From NCBI RefSeq assembly GCF_037042905.1, contig NC_087252.1, positions 21,702,001-21,766,000 of the forward strand: DNA of 64,000 nt. Direction: 5' to 3'. Both the position numbers and the translations under genes were made by a program. Position 1 is the first letter of the stretch; every line of letters begins with the position of its first letter. The notes under the pieces are model-generated. The model saw only the letters and a program-made list of their open reading frames with translations, was not told the DNA's origin and searched no databases. The DNA comes from Lytechinus pictus. Its lineage: Eukaryota. This document shows, one piece after another, positions 13,701-28,102 of this stretch.

Positions 13701-16310
13701 TTGTCCACTAATTTGCCAAGCATAAGTGGGCATTGTCCGCGGCAGAATTATCGAGATCATCCAATCCGTTGCTCTGATTTTGTTAATACCCTAAAAACAG
13801 AGCACTTTAATGAATTCTTATTCTTCATAACATACCATGTACAGAGAGAAAGGGAGAGAGGGTACATGACTGTGTGGTTTGCCATTGAAGAGAATGAGGT
13901 CAACAGCATTGAATATTTCCTCTGGTTCTCTCCTATTCATTTCCGATTTACAGATGAAAACTGGCAAATTTAACTTGCAGCCTTCAGGCAATATTTGGGA
14001 AATAAAAATGACCCAGGATCGACCCTCTGCCATTGAGCCAGTGGCTACAGACGGAAATCAAATTATGCCTAAATGAAACGGAGATGCCGATATTGGTATT
14101 GCCAGCTAATTGTACTATTTCCCCGTTCGTCCGAGCGGCTCACCGATGCCCTGGTCTGTCGGAGAGGCGCAAGAACGAGTGACCGCTCACTCGGAACTCA
14201 CCCAAGCACTAATTGTTAGGGAGATGCCCTGGTGTAGTGATGGAAGAATCAGACGGGGGGTGTTACCAGTGTGATTTTACTCTCAGGGTTTTGTCCAACG
14301 CGGTTGCTGCGGATGAAAGCAGCATTTCATTAACTTGAGGAACGATTGGTCTGGCATCACCTTGCATTTTGATTTGGTGATGTAGGGGTTGGGTCATTGA
14401 AAGTGATGTTTTGATAAATGAACTGGATACAGAATGAATACTGTGCTGATCTGGTGCTTCAGATCTTGAAGTTCTTGGTTTTGTTCATTCATATGGGAAA
14501 GGGTTGTTCAGTATTTAACAGATATGGCATAGGAAGATAGCAAAAGTGAAATGTGAAAAAATGCTATCTCACTCTTTTAATGCGCTATTTATTTTAGAGA
14601 TTTATAGGCTACAAGATCTAGTTAGAAAAATTAAAAAAAAGAGAAAAAATCAGTAGTCAATTGGTCAAGATTTGAGAAGTATTTGATCTTTTGCTGTGGA
14701 ATATAGGTGAGAAACTTTGACAAGAATATTTGTATTTGTTATTTTTTAAACGACAATCTGTTAATTGATAATTCTTCATAGATATAAAAAATAGTCCCTG
14801 GGCCAGTAGTATTTTACTTGTGATTGAGATGTTAAAAGGGTCAAAGAGCTATGGACTTGAACTATCGCTATGGAAACTGCCACTGCTATTGGCTTGGTTT
14901 ATTGGGAGAAAAAGTCCAAGGAAGGGTCACAAAATGCTTGCCATCGCGGTCTCATGGGTTTGAAATTTGGGATGAGAAAGGATGGAGATAAAGAGTATGT
15001 CATCTAGTTTAATGCAAGAAGGGTGATAGGTTTGCTATCATTATTGAAGTAATGCCTTTCTGTCTCTGAAAGGAATGTCTCGGTGATGACATGATATAAG
15101 AAAGGTAGTAACCATCCGTCTTTCTTGTGTTATGTGACTCATAATACAAGATGATTTCCGCTTCTTAATTACGCCTGGTTAGTACGCGCCGCCCTTAATT
15201 GCTCATTGCCACGGCAATACCACTATACCAGCCCAGCCCCCTTGCGATTAATAAAAGTAGCCAAAGAATCATTGAGAATGCGGGGAAGAAGGATGCCAGA
15301 AAATGCATGAATCTTCCCCGTTTCCCGCCCAGCCCCGACCACTCGCCATTAATTGCAGGGCATAAATTTGCATGTCATTTTAGCACGGCTGGCGCTAACG
15401 CCCAGCATGGGGTCCGTAATCTGGTGCTAGACTGGAGTCTCAAGACCATATTTTGGTCAATGTTTGGGTAAGAAATCAGGTTTAATCAACCATTAAGGGA
15501 TCCGTGGCTATAGACATCATGAAAAGACGGAAAAGAATGAACAATATGAATGGAATATGGAGGCATACAATTGCACTATTGCAATGATATGAGGGGTCCA
15601 ACGCATCCAGCCTCTGTGCTGAATGAAAGAATTCAATCTACCAATTCGATGTGGTTTTTGCATTATTAGCATACAGGTGGAATTCTATGTGTGTGTGTAT
15701 ATAGACATAACTTTCAACATTAATTAGATCTTGCAACTGTTTCTGTATTACAACAAAATATATACAATATATCTCCAATTATACTTAAGTTTACTTTTTT
15801 TCCACTGATTTCCACCGTTTTTTCATCTTTTTTTATTTTATATGATTTATTCTTTTCTCATTTTTTTCTATTCATTATTTTGTTTGCTTGATGTTTTCAA
15901 TATCCGCCCTAACAACATGCATCATTCAATGTTATCTTTGTTTTTCCACTTAATTGCTTCATGATCATATGATATCCAAGTAGTCGTACTGACTGCAGCC
16001 TATTTATTTTCCTTGGAAATGTGTCCATTGTTCTATTCCTTGGAGAAAAATTGTACTTATGTTCCTAGAAATTGCTCATTTAAAATGTATTGTTTTATTA
16101 TGATTTTATAAGAATGGAAGGTCGGTGTGAGAGAGATGGATGGAGAGGAAAGGAAAGAAGGTTATGAAAATGAAAATATAGAGAGAGTAGGAAAGAGGTT
16201 TGGAAAAAATCTTCTTTCAGTTTCAGCTGATGTAATATATTGTTGGGAAAACAAATGCAAAAATGAAAGCAATAGTAGATTTAAAAAGTAGTAAGTGGGG
16301 GAGAGCAAGA

Positions 16311-16525
16311 GCAAGAAGGAGGAGGTAGAAAGAAACAGGGAGAATAAGAAGAAGGAAGAAGAAGGAGGAGAAGAAGAAGGTGAAGAAGAAGGAGGATGAG
16401 GAGAATAAGAAGAAGAAAGAGGAGGAGAAGAAGGGGAAGGAGACGAAGAAGAAGAGGAATAAGGAGGAGGAGGAAGAAGAGGAGGAAGGAGGGGAGATGA
16501 GAACAAGAATTAGAGGGAGGAGGAG
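16311..16525. repeat. (GAA/GGA)n trinucleotide low-complexity tract
   Basis: Seen directly in the sequence; it gives rise to the poly-S/P/F ORFs. Confidence 0.9.
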
Positions 16526-19500
16526 GTAACAGGTAGAATGCAGAGAGATGAAAATTCTGAGAGACGAATAAAACAAAAAAGATTTACAGATAGTGATTCT
16601 ACTATAGACAAATAATTTTGATTGATAAACAAAGGAATACATGGATTATAAAACAGCACAATGAAGGAAACATAAGAAGAACCTTCTTAAACGAGAGGTC
16701 ATCCTGACTCGAAACGATTTCAAGGGTGATGTTCGGAGGTGTGATTTCAAAACACATTGTCTGCTTGAGAGGGAAGCGTCAGCTGCATAGTGATTCACTA
16801 TTATTAAGAGGAATCGTCGAGTGTCTCGTCATCTTCACACTTATAATGTGGGTGGGTGTACTATCATATGGTAAACATTTGCTTTGTTTTATTTTTTTTT
16901 TCAACCTAGAGCGAAAAGTGATTCATAAATTTGAATAATTACGATTTGATGATAATGTAGATCTTTCAGAATTCTTTATGTTTAAAGAATTATTTTCAGC
17001 CTTAAGTTTGAACGCGTATTTCATTATTTGACTAATTTGGGGGCATTTTGAATGAATTTTTCAATCATTCTACAACAAAATTTTTACAACAATGCAAAAA
17101 TTAATTTTTGTGGCCAAAGTATTCTTCACACCGCAGCTTGTAACTCTAAATATGAACATGGACCTAGTAATACAACTTGAAATCACCCGTTAAAGTCTAA
17201 AGAAATGGCAAATTCTTCATTATTTTTAAAGCTTGTTCATAATATTAGCAAAACCATTCTATCCCTCTTCCCCTTCAAAAATCACCGCTTGGCCCTTTCA
17301 AATAAACTTTTTTCCGCCTATTTTCATGTTTTAGAATGTTCCTTTTCGTGCAAAGACAAAGATTTAGATATTTACTAAAATTTGGAATACATGCTATTGT
17401 CTCATGTTCTACCTTTTCACCTATGTGCTTATTTTATCAAAATGTACAAGTTTAATGTCCATGACATGAAATTGGCATCCATGTTGGTACTCCCAAAGGA
17501 CACTTGTACCATGAATCTACCACGGACCTCCCATGTTCAATATATATAGATGTTGATCTATATCCCAATGGATATTGCTTTCTTCTCACTGGATAGTTCA
17601 CTCTTCCTTGTTATTATAACATATGCTTGATTGAGATGTAGATGTGGGGGAAAGGGTTGGGGAGGGGTATCTGTAATCAGACACATTCAGATTTTTGAGA
17701 GTCAGAATTCATTGATTTAAATCCACTCATGTCTATCGTAAACATATAGGTTAAATTAGGTTCTATCTGGTGATGCACATGTATATTTACATGCATTATA
17801 GTAAAAAAAAATATATATTGCAATTTTTAATTTGGATAGTAAAACAATGCAGTCTTTGAATGATAGTGGCATACCCCCCCCCCCCCCCCCACGCACACAA
17901 ACAAAGAAACTGCATGGTCTGAAAGGCTTGCAAGTGAACATCCTAAAATAACAAATACCACTTTTTAAAGGTTTGTTTTGCATGGGGAGGGGGGGGGGGG
18001 GTGCACTAATCCTCTCATCTCTCTACCACCAGCTACCCCTCATCTCTACCCCCCCCCCCTTCCACCCCATCTCTGCCTCATCTTCCCCCCATCTCTCTGC
18101 ACAATCTCAAGCAGAAATCCTCCGCTTCACCCCTGGGGGTGCGAAAAGCGATGTTTGGCTAAACGCTGGAGGGAAGATCATGTCAGCAGAAATGGCAGCG
18201 AAGCGTGGCCTGTATACATGACAAGGGATATGTTTAATACCAAGACCTGATCTGGATGACATCTTCTGTTAATAGCTTGCTCCACATTTCTAATCTAAAC
18301 CAACGTAAATTCATTTTTCAGTCGTCTTTCAATCAGCGGTCCCGCCAAGCGTGATCTCATTGTCTGATCCTGTTCATATTTTCTTCCAATTTAGTTTGCA
18401 TTTATGGATGGTGCAAGGTTGCTTGCACTGTTCAAATACCATGAAGTTGGGGAAAAGGGATATAGAAAATCATGCGCTTGACTTGCATGAGCATCTCTAG
18501 TATAGTGCCACACTGTCACTTCTCATTAATGTGGACACCTTTCTGACAATGGCCATGTAATGTGATGGTTATCTTCTTGGAGAATTTGTGTTGTAGAACC
18601 TGTGTAAAATAGACACCTGTATCAAGATAGTGTTTCTTATGCCTCCATCTGGTTGCAAAAGAGAAAGCGAGAGAGGGGGGGGGGGAGCAAGAGATAGAGA
18701 AAGGAGAAGGGCGAGAGGGAGAAGGGGAGGGAAAAATTCTGCAAATAAAAGAAAGAGAGATATATAGATTATGACATGGTTGAAATATAAATAGAGAAAG
18801 AGCCATAAAGATAAATACCAGTTGAAACAATCTCAAAATAAGTTGGAACAGAATCCAACCAAATGTCTGTATGTATAAATAAAAAGAATATGTGCCAAAT
18901 GGCTGGTGAAGAAAATGCATAATTGCTGAGAAATTAGCACAATAAGCCTAGGATTCCATCAAATTTTGGGTATTTTTTCCAAGCAATATTAATACACTGT
19001 CCCACATGTGCCTTTCTGTGTAAGTGATAATCGGAATTATCGGTTTTGAGCTAAGATGATCATGATTCCACAAAGATAAGTTTACATTAATGTACCAGAT
19101 CTAGATTATGATATGGTGACATTTAACCTTGATTTAAAAGACTGAAGAGAAGAAAGTACCAGAGCCAAGTTTAGCGCTTAATATGAGGAGGAAGAGGAGA
19201 GAATCACGGTAAGATGATTTTCTTTCAAGGGAGGGGAAAAAGAAATTGCACCAAAAAGGAGAGAAGATGCTTAAAATTTGCTACTTCAAGGTCACCTTAC
19301 GATGATGACCATCTCGTGTGCATCAGAATGTAAACTACAACTGACATGTGACTCATGCAATAATTGACACAATCTCGCGAAAAATCGTGAAGCTTGTAAA
19401 GACGTCCTTTTTAGCAAATTGAAAAATTCATGGCTTGCAGTCATAATTGAATTAAATATTCATTATGGTTGTGATGGTTTATGATTTAGGTTAGTTAGTT

Positions 19501-22500
19501 GGTGATGTAACAGGTTTGAATTATTCATTTGGTCTTAATTATTTTTAAGAGAAACTATATATGTGTAGCCAGGATTACAAAATGGTGTTTAATGACACAT
19601 TTTATTATCTTTTTATTTTGATAGTTGTCAGAGAACTGCACTGTAGACACTAAACTTTTTTCTTTTTTTAAGTAGAAAGATAAAGGTCTTTATTTACAAC
19701 TAAACGAATGAAACCCATGACTCAATGTTTACTATCCACATCAAAATATTTCTGGGTAAATCTGTATAAAGCTCATATAAATGCTATACAATTTATCACA
19801 CAAATAGTTCCAAAATTATGTTGTATATGGTTTTATTTTTAGGGAAATGCTGGTGGGATGTTGTACTTTAGTGAAGTGCAAAATGAAGATGATAATTTGC
19901 ACTTTTTAATTGGTCAAGCATGCAAGAGAGTGGTGAGGCATATGTGACGAAACATGATCAATTTTCCCTGCAATCCTCTTGATATTCCACCAAGGTATGA
20001 GTAATTATTTTGAAATTAAGGTGAACCATGAGGTGTTACAACAAGCTTGTCATCGTTTAAAATCTCCTCACTCTCGCGGCTTACCTTCCCCATCGTTTCA
20101 ACATCGACACATTTCTTGTCGATGTTGTCGGCTTGAAGTGCCGCGAGGTCTCGTTGGGCTGCGTGACGCATACTGCTCGTCGTTATCTATTTATAGACGG
20201 CCGGCTGGCTGGAGGTATTTCCTCGTATTGGAGCCAGCTGACCGTTGCTAAACATGTGAGGTCATCGGGATAGTGAGAAGCAAGGAATATAGTGAGAGAC
20301 GAGGAAGATGGAGACTTCGAGAGAGCGAGAGAGAGAGAGAGAGAGAGAAGGGGGGGGGGGAGAAAAAGAGGAAAAGAAAGAGAGGTAAAAGAGAAAAAGT
20401 GAAATAAGTAGGGTATATGCTTGCATATGCTCTATGCTGGTCATTTGAGTACATCTTGTGTTTACTCATCTGCATTAGATGTGAACATGTTTTTTTTTTA
20501 ATCACGTTTTATGCCACTCCCTTCTCATCCTCTCTCTCTCTCCCTCACACACACACACCCACACACCCTCTATCTCTCTTTCTATCCTATTCCCCGTCTC
20601 TGGACCCACTCTCTTTCTTTCCATTCCCTCTCCTGTCTCCCTATCTATCTTCACTCTTTCTTTTATTTTTGAAGTATGTGACTCTCTTTTTTTGTCTTTC
20701 TTTATTTCTTTATCACTCTCTCCCCTTCTCTCCCTGCCTATCCTTCTAAAGGATTTTTATTTCATTATTACAGTTTAAGTTTCTGCTTTGCCACTTAAAA
20801 ACAGGATTGTTGAATGTATTGTAGTGAGACATTGATAAAAGCTTTTAATTCCTTCTTTTGAATGTATTATATCCCTCATTTTTCCTGAAAATCTCAAGAA
20901 TATTTATCTCTTAACACAGCTCTGGCAAACACAAATGACTCCTTTCCCTGCAAGAGCAAATTACATCAAAGTGTTAATCTTATATAGCATCTGGCAGAAA
21001 GATTGAGATCTTAACAGTTCAGATTTCTTTGTCTAAATATGGACCTGTTATTTTAGATAGATAAAACTTATTAACATTTTTAGAGGAAAATGGTAAATAA
21101 TACATTTGATTAGGGATTGTTATTATGCGATTCTGGTAACCATGCCAGTATTACATTCAATCCCAAACATAAGAATGGGTTAGAGATGTATTGATACAGC
21201 ACCTGCTCTGTGCTTCGTCATAAGGATCCTCAAAACATTGACTTTCCAGTGGGAAAATACTTAAGACTGAGGAATAATGGACTCAAATCATTCACCATCC
21301 AGGATATCTGGACTTGTCATCATCCGAAGTTGATGTTCTGCGTCCAAGATGGAGCGTTTCTTCTGAGAAAGCCATAAGCAGCTGATAATTTGTGAATGAG
21401 AGTGAATTAGCACTCGCGTCCCATCGTAACCCCTCTCGATTGCATGGGAATTCAGAGTTTGAGACCCTCTAATGATAGGAAAAAAAATGTCACGGTAGAA
21501 AGCGAAAGCACATCCTGGCATGTGCGTGTTTGTATTTGCACCCCACGCAGAAACAATGCCCTCTGAATCATCCAGAGAGAAACAGCTGCCGTTGAAGCGA
21601 TTGCTGCGTTGCGGGAACATCTTCCGCAGACACCAGCTTGTCAGAAGCACTAGACAAACTTGTCAGCACGTGGGACTAAGCTGGCTGATAACTGGTTGGA
21701 GCAGATATATATTTGATAGAAAATTTGGGGAAGATTTATGTGTCCTGCAGGTCTGAAATGCCAAGAAAATCAGTCCCAAGGGTTTGAGGGATAAGACCCC
21801 CAGATTGATCTTGTATCGAAGATTGGTCTTTTGAAGATCTGGTATACTTGAAAGTGATAGGCCAGTACCTCTTTGGTACTATAAGAATTGGTTGTGTAAT
21901 TAAATTAGATGATGGAATTAAGTATGGCATCAATATAACTTGCATATGTTACAACAAATTTATTAATATTTTTTAATAAAATAACCATAGATTTTGTGAA
22001 ATGTATTAGCGTCTTAATGAACCTACATATCTACAAATAGGGTACCAATAATTGAATGTGATTTCAATATACATTTTAATGAAAAAAGTTCAATCCGACA
22101 TATTGTATGGCAAACAGCTTTTTATTTGTATATATTTCATTTTCGTCAAGTTTAATTCTGTAAAAACGTAGTTGAGTGCTCGGTCATTGAAAATTGAGGC
22201 AAAGTTGCAGTTTCGTGAATGCTTAAAGACAAACCAGGTGATAAGAGAAAGATATCTATTTAACTACTGTATTTCTCATTACTTTGATACAAGGGAAATT
22301 AATTTTGATTTCAAGAACAACACAGACATATTTAAAATATTTAAAATGTCAAATTTTCTGCTCTTATTATACTGCATGAAATTTATTGAAGCCAACATGT
22401 GAAAAAAAAAACCAAACATTCTAATATGCACAGGAATTCAGCTGAAAATAATTAAATAAAATTGAAAATTTTGCCACCTAGTTCAGTATGGGGCTGGCTA

Positions 22501-24890
22501 GCTTAGGATTGTAGTTACCATCTCCGAATGATCAAAATGTCATATTTTTCTTGGAACATTGATCTTTCAAATAACCCACATATCTCTGGTGATATTCTTG
22601 ATCTGCATGCATGTTATCTTGTAAGCTCAGAAGCAGTGATACCTACAGATTTGAAATTGTGGGGGTATCTTCTACCCCCGGGCGATAAAAATGTGATATT
22701 TTCTTAGAATATTGGCCACTCAGAAACTCCACCTTTCTCGTGTGGTATTAATGAGCTGTGTTCTCAAAGACTAAGCGTCCCCAGCGCTCAGGTGGATGGG
22801 AAGCGCTTAATCAACCTTAAAAGATTTATGTTTCTTCCCGGACGGCAGATGACGATGGTATGATGAAGCCATCTTTGGGGGATCACCCCAACAAAGAATC
22901 ACAAAAGATGGTCTGAACCAGTGGGTGTTATTAATCCCTTACTCATAAATGCATAGTACATACGATCCCTTCCCGCATGGTGAAACCCGTAGCACCGTAT
23001 GCTCCCAAAATCACAAAAACCGACCAAAAGACGGCAGAAATTTGAAGGACAGCGTGATGAGACGTGTGGATCACTCCTTGTCCACGCCAACACACGCACC
23101 GGCTGTGACTCACACTCCACCAACGATAACTCAGACAAATGTTTGCATAAATTAGCATGAATTAGCATATGATGAATGCTGATTAGTTGTCACAGGAATG
23201 CTCCCCGTGCACCTTAGATTGATTCTCAACCGTTGAGAGCTCTGATTCTTTACTGGTAGGTGGTTTACCGATAAAAATAGGATTGATTATTCTATATCTT
23301 AAGGATAAATGAGGAGCTTCCATTGCTCTGTGTCTTTTGTTAATGGAAGAATCTGCTCTTTATTCAACCCTCAAGCAGTCCGGTGGCCAACAGTTCTGAT
23401 TTACACCACGTCCTACAAAATCGAAAATCTCGAAAAGCTTGAAACGTTTAAGACAGTAAGAACTCTTGTATCGAGTAGTTTAACCACAAAATCAATCACC
23501 AATATCGTTTTCTGATTTGTAGGCAAGGAGGAGGTAGTAACACCCTAGGGTTGGGAGGAGTGAGGCATTGAAACGAATGCCATGAGCCCTTAACATGGGG
23601 CTCTAGGACAACTCCCCCAGGAGAACTTGTCACGTCGGTGCAAGGACGCCCTAAGCAAAACATTTTTGTGCACTGCATCGGTGCAGAAACGCCGTTATGC
23701 AATGCACTTATGTGTGCTGCGCAAGACATTTTTGCCCATAATTATATGACGCACAAAAGTATGGTGTTAAAGGCGTTCTTACACCGACACGACAAACTTT
23801 GAAGGAATTGCACTTTGGATGAGGAGAACATCAGACAACTCCTGATGAAAGTGCTCGTTGGGGAATTTCTCTGGGGGAAGTTGTCCTCCCTGTGTAGTTG
23901 TTCCATTACACTTAACCTGTTAGGTATTTGGAAGCCCACAGGAATGTCAGGATGCAGTTGTCACAGTTTAAATGGCGTCACTACCCATATGAAATATTGC
24001 TTGAAGCAACAACTTGTAAGGTGTATTTTGTACAAGTATTAGCTACAGATTGACCTCCCATGCTTTAAATCTGTAATGATTATAATATATTTGAGACATT
24101 CTTTTTTCATAAAGATTATGCTCAATTGAATAATCAAAGGCAAGTCATTCTTTCCGTATTTTGTGTTTCTATGATGAAATTAGTTATGTTTGTCAATGAT
24201 AATGTACTCCTAACATTAAAAAGTTGTCATTTGAGATTTTTCCCATATATGGTAGGACCTAATGCTTTTTGCTTTCCTCATACAAAAAGAGTGAGGTTTG
24301 ATTTCAGTCTGTTTCTCAAAAATATTCTTAGGATTGAAGAGAGGGAAATGGATCCTGATTCAGGGTGACGTTGAGAGTCGAAGACAGAGAACTTGGTTGC
24401 AGTGCCCGAGGTGTCGCGATCAAACGATGACATTTGCAAAGCACTCCCCCTTTCTCCCTCTTTACGAGCTCCAGTGCAATGAAATCAAAAGCCCCGGGCG
24501 GTAAGGATCGGGAGATGATTAATAAATCTATGCTACCTGAATGAAATGCTGTTTGTCAGACAACGATTTACATACCATAGCTCCGGGTCTTGGCTGTTCT
24601 AACTTTCGTTTTTTTTCTTCGATTACTTGCGTGTTGGTCGCATCTTAATTAGGCGTTGTTAACCGGTATCGCGGGATGATTGTGCGGATGATGCGCTGTT
24701 GTCGCTCTTGATTTCGGGATTCACAATGAGTCTCTCTCACAGAAATAGGTATTTGATACGGAATATGTAGATGAGTAAAGCAGATGGTTTCAGAAAAAAA
24801 TCCATTCTTTAATGGTTTGATGTACAGTATAGAAATGGGTATGAAGAATGAAACGAAGAGGAGTGGTCCCAGCATTAAGCCCTGGGGCAT

Positions 24891-24956
24891 TACATCTCTT
24901 TTTAAGACCATATAAATGTATAGATATATATATATATGGTCTTAAAAAGTGATGTA
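24891..24956. repeat. 66-bp inverted repeat with a TA-rich centre
   Basis: TACATCTCTTTTTAAGACCATATA pairs with TATATGGTCTTAAAAAGTGATGTA (23/24). Confidence 0.9.
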
Positions 24957-25585
24957 GTGATATATAATTTTACTATCCATTTGTATGCGGAAAATCCCAC
25001 ATGCTATCCAAGAAAACCAGTGCCATATTACAATTGATTTCACAAAAGTACTTAAAATGTATTCAAATTTTTGAAATCAGAGTATTGAAATTTCCGTCTA
25101 AAAGATGATGTTAAAGCCAATTTATTAGTTTCAGCAAAACAAATCCATCATCATCAAGCATGTCTTCTTCCTCTCATGTCCTCGTGTCTTTGAGAGCCTC
25201 CTTCATTGCAAATGAACCTTAACCCATCACATACTGCTCCGGGTCTATGATCTATTGTTCTATCGTTCAACCAAACCCGAATGTCAGTCTCCCGTGAAGG
25301 CGGGAGCAATACCCCGAAGCGGCAGGCAAGCGCTTAAACACTGAATGAAAAACACTCATCATGATGTATTGATGCTGCAGTCACACCCAACGACACTGAC
25401 TCCAAACCGACCAACGGTATGCCATTGGTAGTAATGATGTAGAATTGTTTGGTTCGGTGACAGGTTCAGCTGTGTGACTGTGTCCTAACTGGGCATGTAT
25501 TAAAGACGTTGATGCTTGTTTTATCATTCATGTTTTAGGTAGAGCTTATGGAGAAAGTGATGAACTGTGCTACTAGGTCTGTATT

Positions 25586-26056
25586 ATGCTTTTCACACTG
25601 CAATTTTTTTTCCTTAATCCTTGGAAATTTGTGGGGCTAAGGGGGGTGGGGGTCTTAGCCCCACCAATTTCCTGGCTTTAAGCCTAGCCCACTGACATGC
25701 TAGTGGGCTAGCACGGTAAATAGTACGGTACTATCTGGCCCTGCAAAAAAGCAGGGTTAGCCGGCTTTGTTGTGCTAGCACCACAATTGCGGTGCGTAGA
25801 GATGCAAAGTGAAACAAAAGTGGGCTAAGGCAAAGTGGGGCTAAGCATTAGCCAATCTAGAAGTCGAAATTGCACGTTAATCGCGCTCTGTATGGTAAAA
25901 TCATCAATATTCATGAGCTGTGTGATAGTCCAGTGTTAAGGTGTTAACTCCGGCTAAGGAAATAATATGGGGTTAAGAAAGACAGCGTGAATCCAAAAAA
26001 AAGATAGTATGGGGTTAAGGATAGTCCGGGGTAAAGGATAGTATGGGGTGGAAACC
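25586..26056. mobile_element. Degenerate MITE-like repeat with many GGGGCTAAG/GGGGTTAAG motifs
   Basis: It begins ATGCTTTTCACACTGC and carries repeated GGG(C/T)TAAG and CTTAGCCCC motifs in both orientations. The right end is poorly matched. Confidence 0.35.
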
Positions 26057-26688
26057 AAACTACTGAAATATGTAATTGCCATAGACTGGTACATTGTTTA
26101 CTTGGTTACATAAGGCTATGAGTTAATCAAGACTTATGTCTTCAGGAAATGAACAGTAGGAAATTGATAGATCTTCATACATTTACTATTTTGTCTGTGT
26201 GGGTATTTTTCTTTTTGTCAATTATAGCTTAGGGCTCATGTCAACATGGATGTGTAGGCCTATACTTTATGAAAATTTAAGGAATATAATCTGTTACTTT
26301 CTTACTTGTAAACAAGCAAGTGTGAACTTTTCGACATGGATTCATACAGAAAGCCAAGAAAATGAATACAAGAAGGCATTTTTCCATCATCTTGTTTTGG
26401 TGCAAAAGATTCATTGATGAATCTTAAATATTTGTTTCTGCCGAAGCTGCGTGCACATGAGCCAATGAAAAACTTTACACTCATCCAGTTGCCAAATTCC
26501 TCAATTTTTCTCCATGTAAACACTATAAAATAGTCTATTTTCTTTACTCTTGTAAAGTAGTCATCAGCAATGTTCTTAAGTATTTTGGAACAAACAAATC
26601 TACTTTTCAAAATGAAAAGAATCTAAAATAACTGAAAGAAGTTTCGAAGTTTCATCTTTTTAACCTTATGAAGAAAAAAAATAGTTAA

Positions 26689-27067
26689 AGGTATTGTTTA
26701 ACTTTGTGAGCAGCCGATTTAAAAAAATTCTCAAACCAAGATGAAACATGTGTACAAGTGCATGTATTAGAACTAATAAACCCTGAAAACAACCATTATT
26801 GAGAATGAAAAGCTAAAACTACAAGGCAAACCCCGATTTTGTAAATAGGTGTCTTATAGACGCCTAAATAGTACACATAAGTGTATGGGATGAAATTAAG
26901 ATGGTGTTTTCGGTCACTTTATATTTCAATTTTTGAAGCATTAAATAATTATTTTCGAACGCAATTTTTTCTGGGCTTCATTTTTGTAACATATCACAGA
27001 CACAGATGACAAGTGTGACCTTCTAGCTCAGATTTTTTAAAAGTCAAACCAATGTTAACCAATCACT
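26689..27067. mobile_element. Kolobok-like non-autonomous element (379 bp)
   Basis: TTAA at 26685-26688 and 27068-27071. The TIRs are imperfect: AGGTATTGTTTAAC versus AGTGATTGGTTAAC. Confidence 0.6.
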
Positions 27068-27583
27068 TTAAGTCCTACTTTGTCAAATTTATTTTTTCTC
27101 CTTGAAAGAAAAGAAACCAACTGAAAGGGGGAAAAAATACCAACTAATTATCAAGACAGATGTTTCCTTCAAACTAAATGGGCCAATGTCCATCCATGGT
27201 GTTCCAAATAGACTATACACTTCCTAGTATGCCACCTATGTAAGGATATTACCCATAGACAGGTGTAATAGTTTTTTATATTGCCCCAATGTATGGGAAT
27301 TGGCATCTTTATGCCTTGATTAACATGACAGGTGTATTTTACAAGCAAAGTAGGACTGTGAAATAGATCATACTATAAAACCTAAAAACATGGAGGTGAT
27401 AAATGGGGTTCATTCCAAGGTGCTTGTGTGCTCCATACCTGGATGTTGTAGATATTGGTTTGTAGGCCCATGGAGCTATTAAATAGCTCTATGGTAGGCC
27501 TATACCAAAATTATGCAAGTCATGAGATTTGTTGATTGAAGATATATCCTTGTTATATAGTGGTTTGGTAAGATAAGAGTTAT

Positions 27584-28102
27584 AGGGGAAGTTCACCCTG
27601 ACAAATATTTTATTGTACAAATAGCAGAAAAAATAATAAAAAACATTGGCGAAGGTTTGAGGAAAGTCCATCAAAGAATAAAAAAGTTATTAGAATTTTA
27701 ATTATTTGATTTGTGACGTCACATACGAGCAGATTTCCTACATATTATATGGCAAAAATATCGATGAAAAGTAATTTTTTCAGAAAAATTTAGAATTGTT
27801 TTTATTGTACCTTTAGTATCTCACTCAACACACAAATTATGTCACACCCACTCCTAAAAACGAAAATTAAAAATAAAGTCATCACGAATTATTAAAAAGT
27901 ATGTAATTTATGCATTTTATATTATGTAACATATGGGGCAGCAGCTCGTTTATGATGTCACAAATCTAAAACTTGAAATTCTAATAACTTTCTTAATCTA
28001 CAATGGATTTAATCTACAATGGATTTTCCTCAAACTTTCACCAATATTTTTTTAATATGATTTTTTTATACAACAAAGTTTTTGTCAGGGTGAACTTCCC
28101 CT
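27584..28102. mobile_element. Kolobok-like fold-back MITE (519 bp)
   Basis: Perfect 23-bp TIR AGGGGAAGTTCACCCTGACAAAA. The flanks TTAT and TTAC look like decayed TTAA. Imperfect inverted symmetry continues about 150 bp inward, for example AAAGTTATTAGAATTT / AAATTCTAATAACTTT and TGTGACGTCA / TGATGTCACA. Confidence 0.85.

Noticed and set aside
18805..19143. Possible further TTAA-type transposon fragment
   Set aside because: It looks repeat-like, but no matching second TIR or TSD was found.
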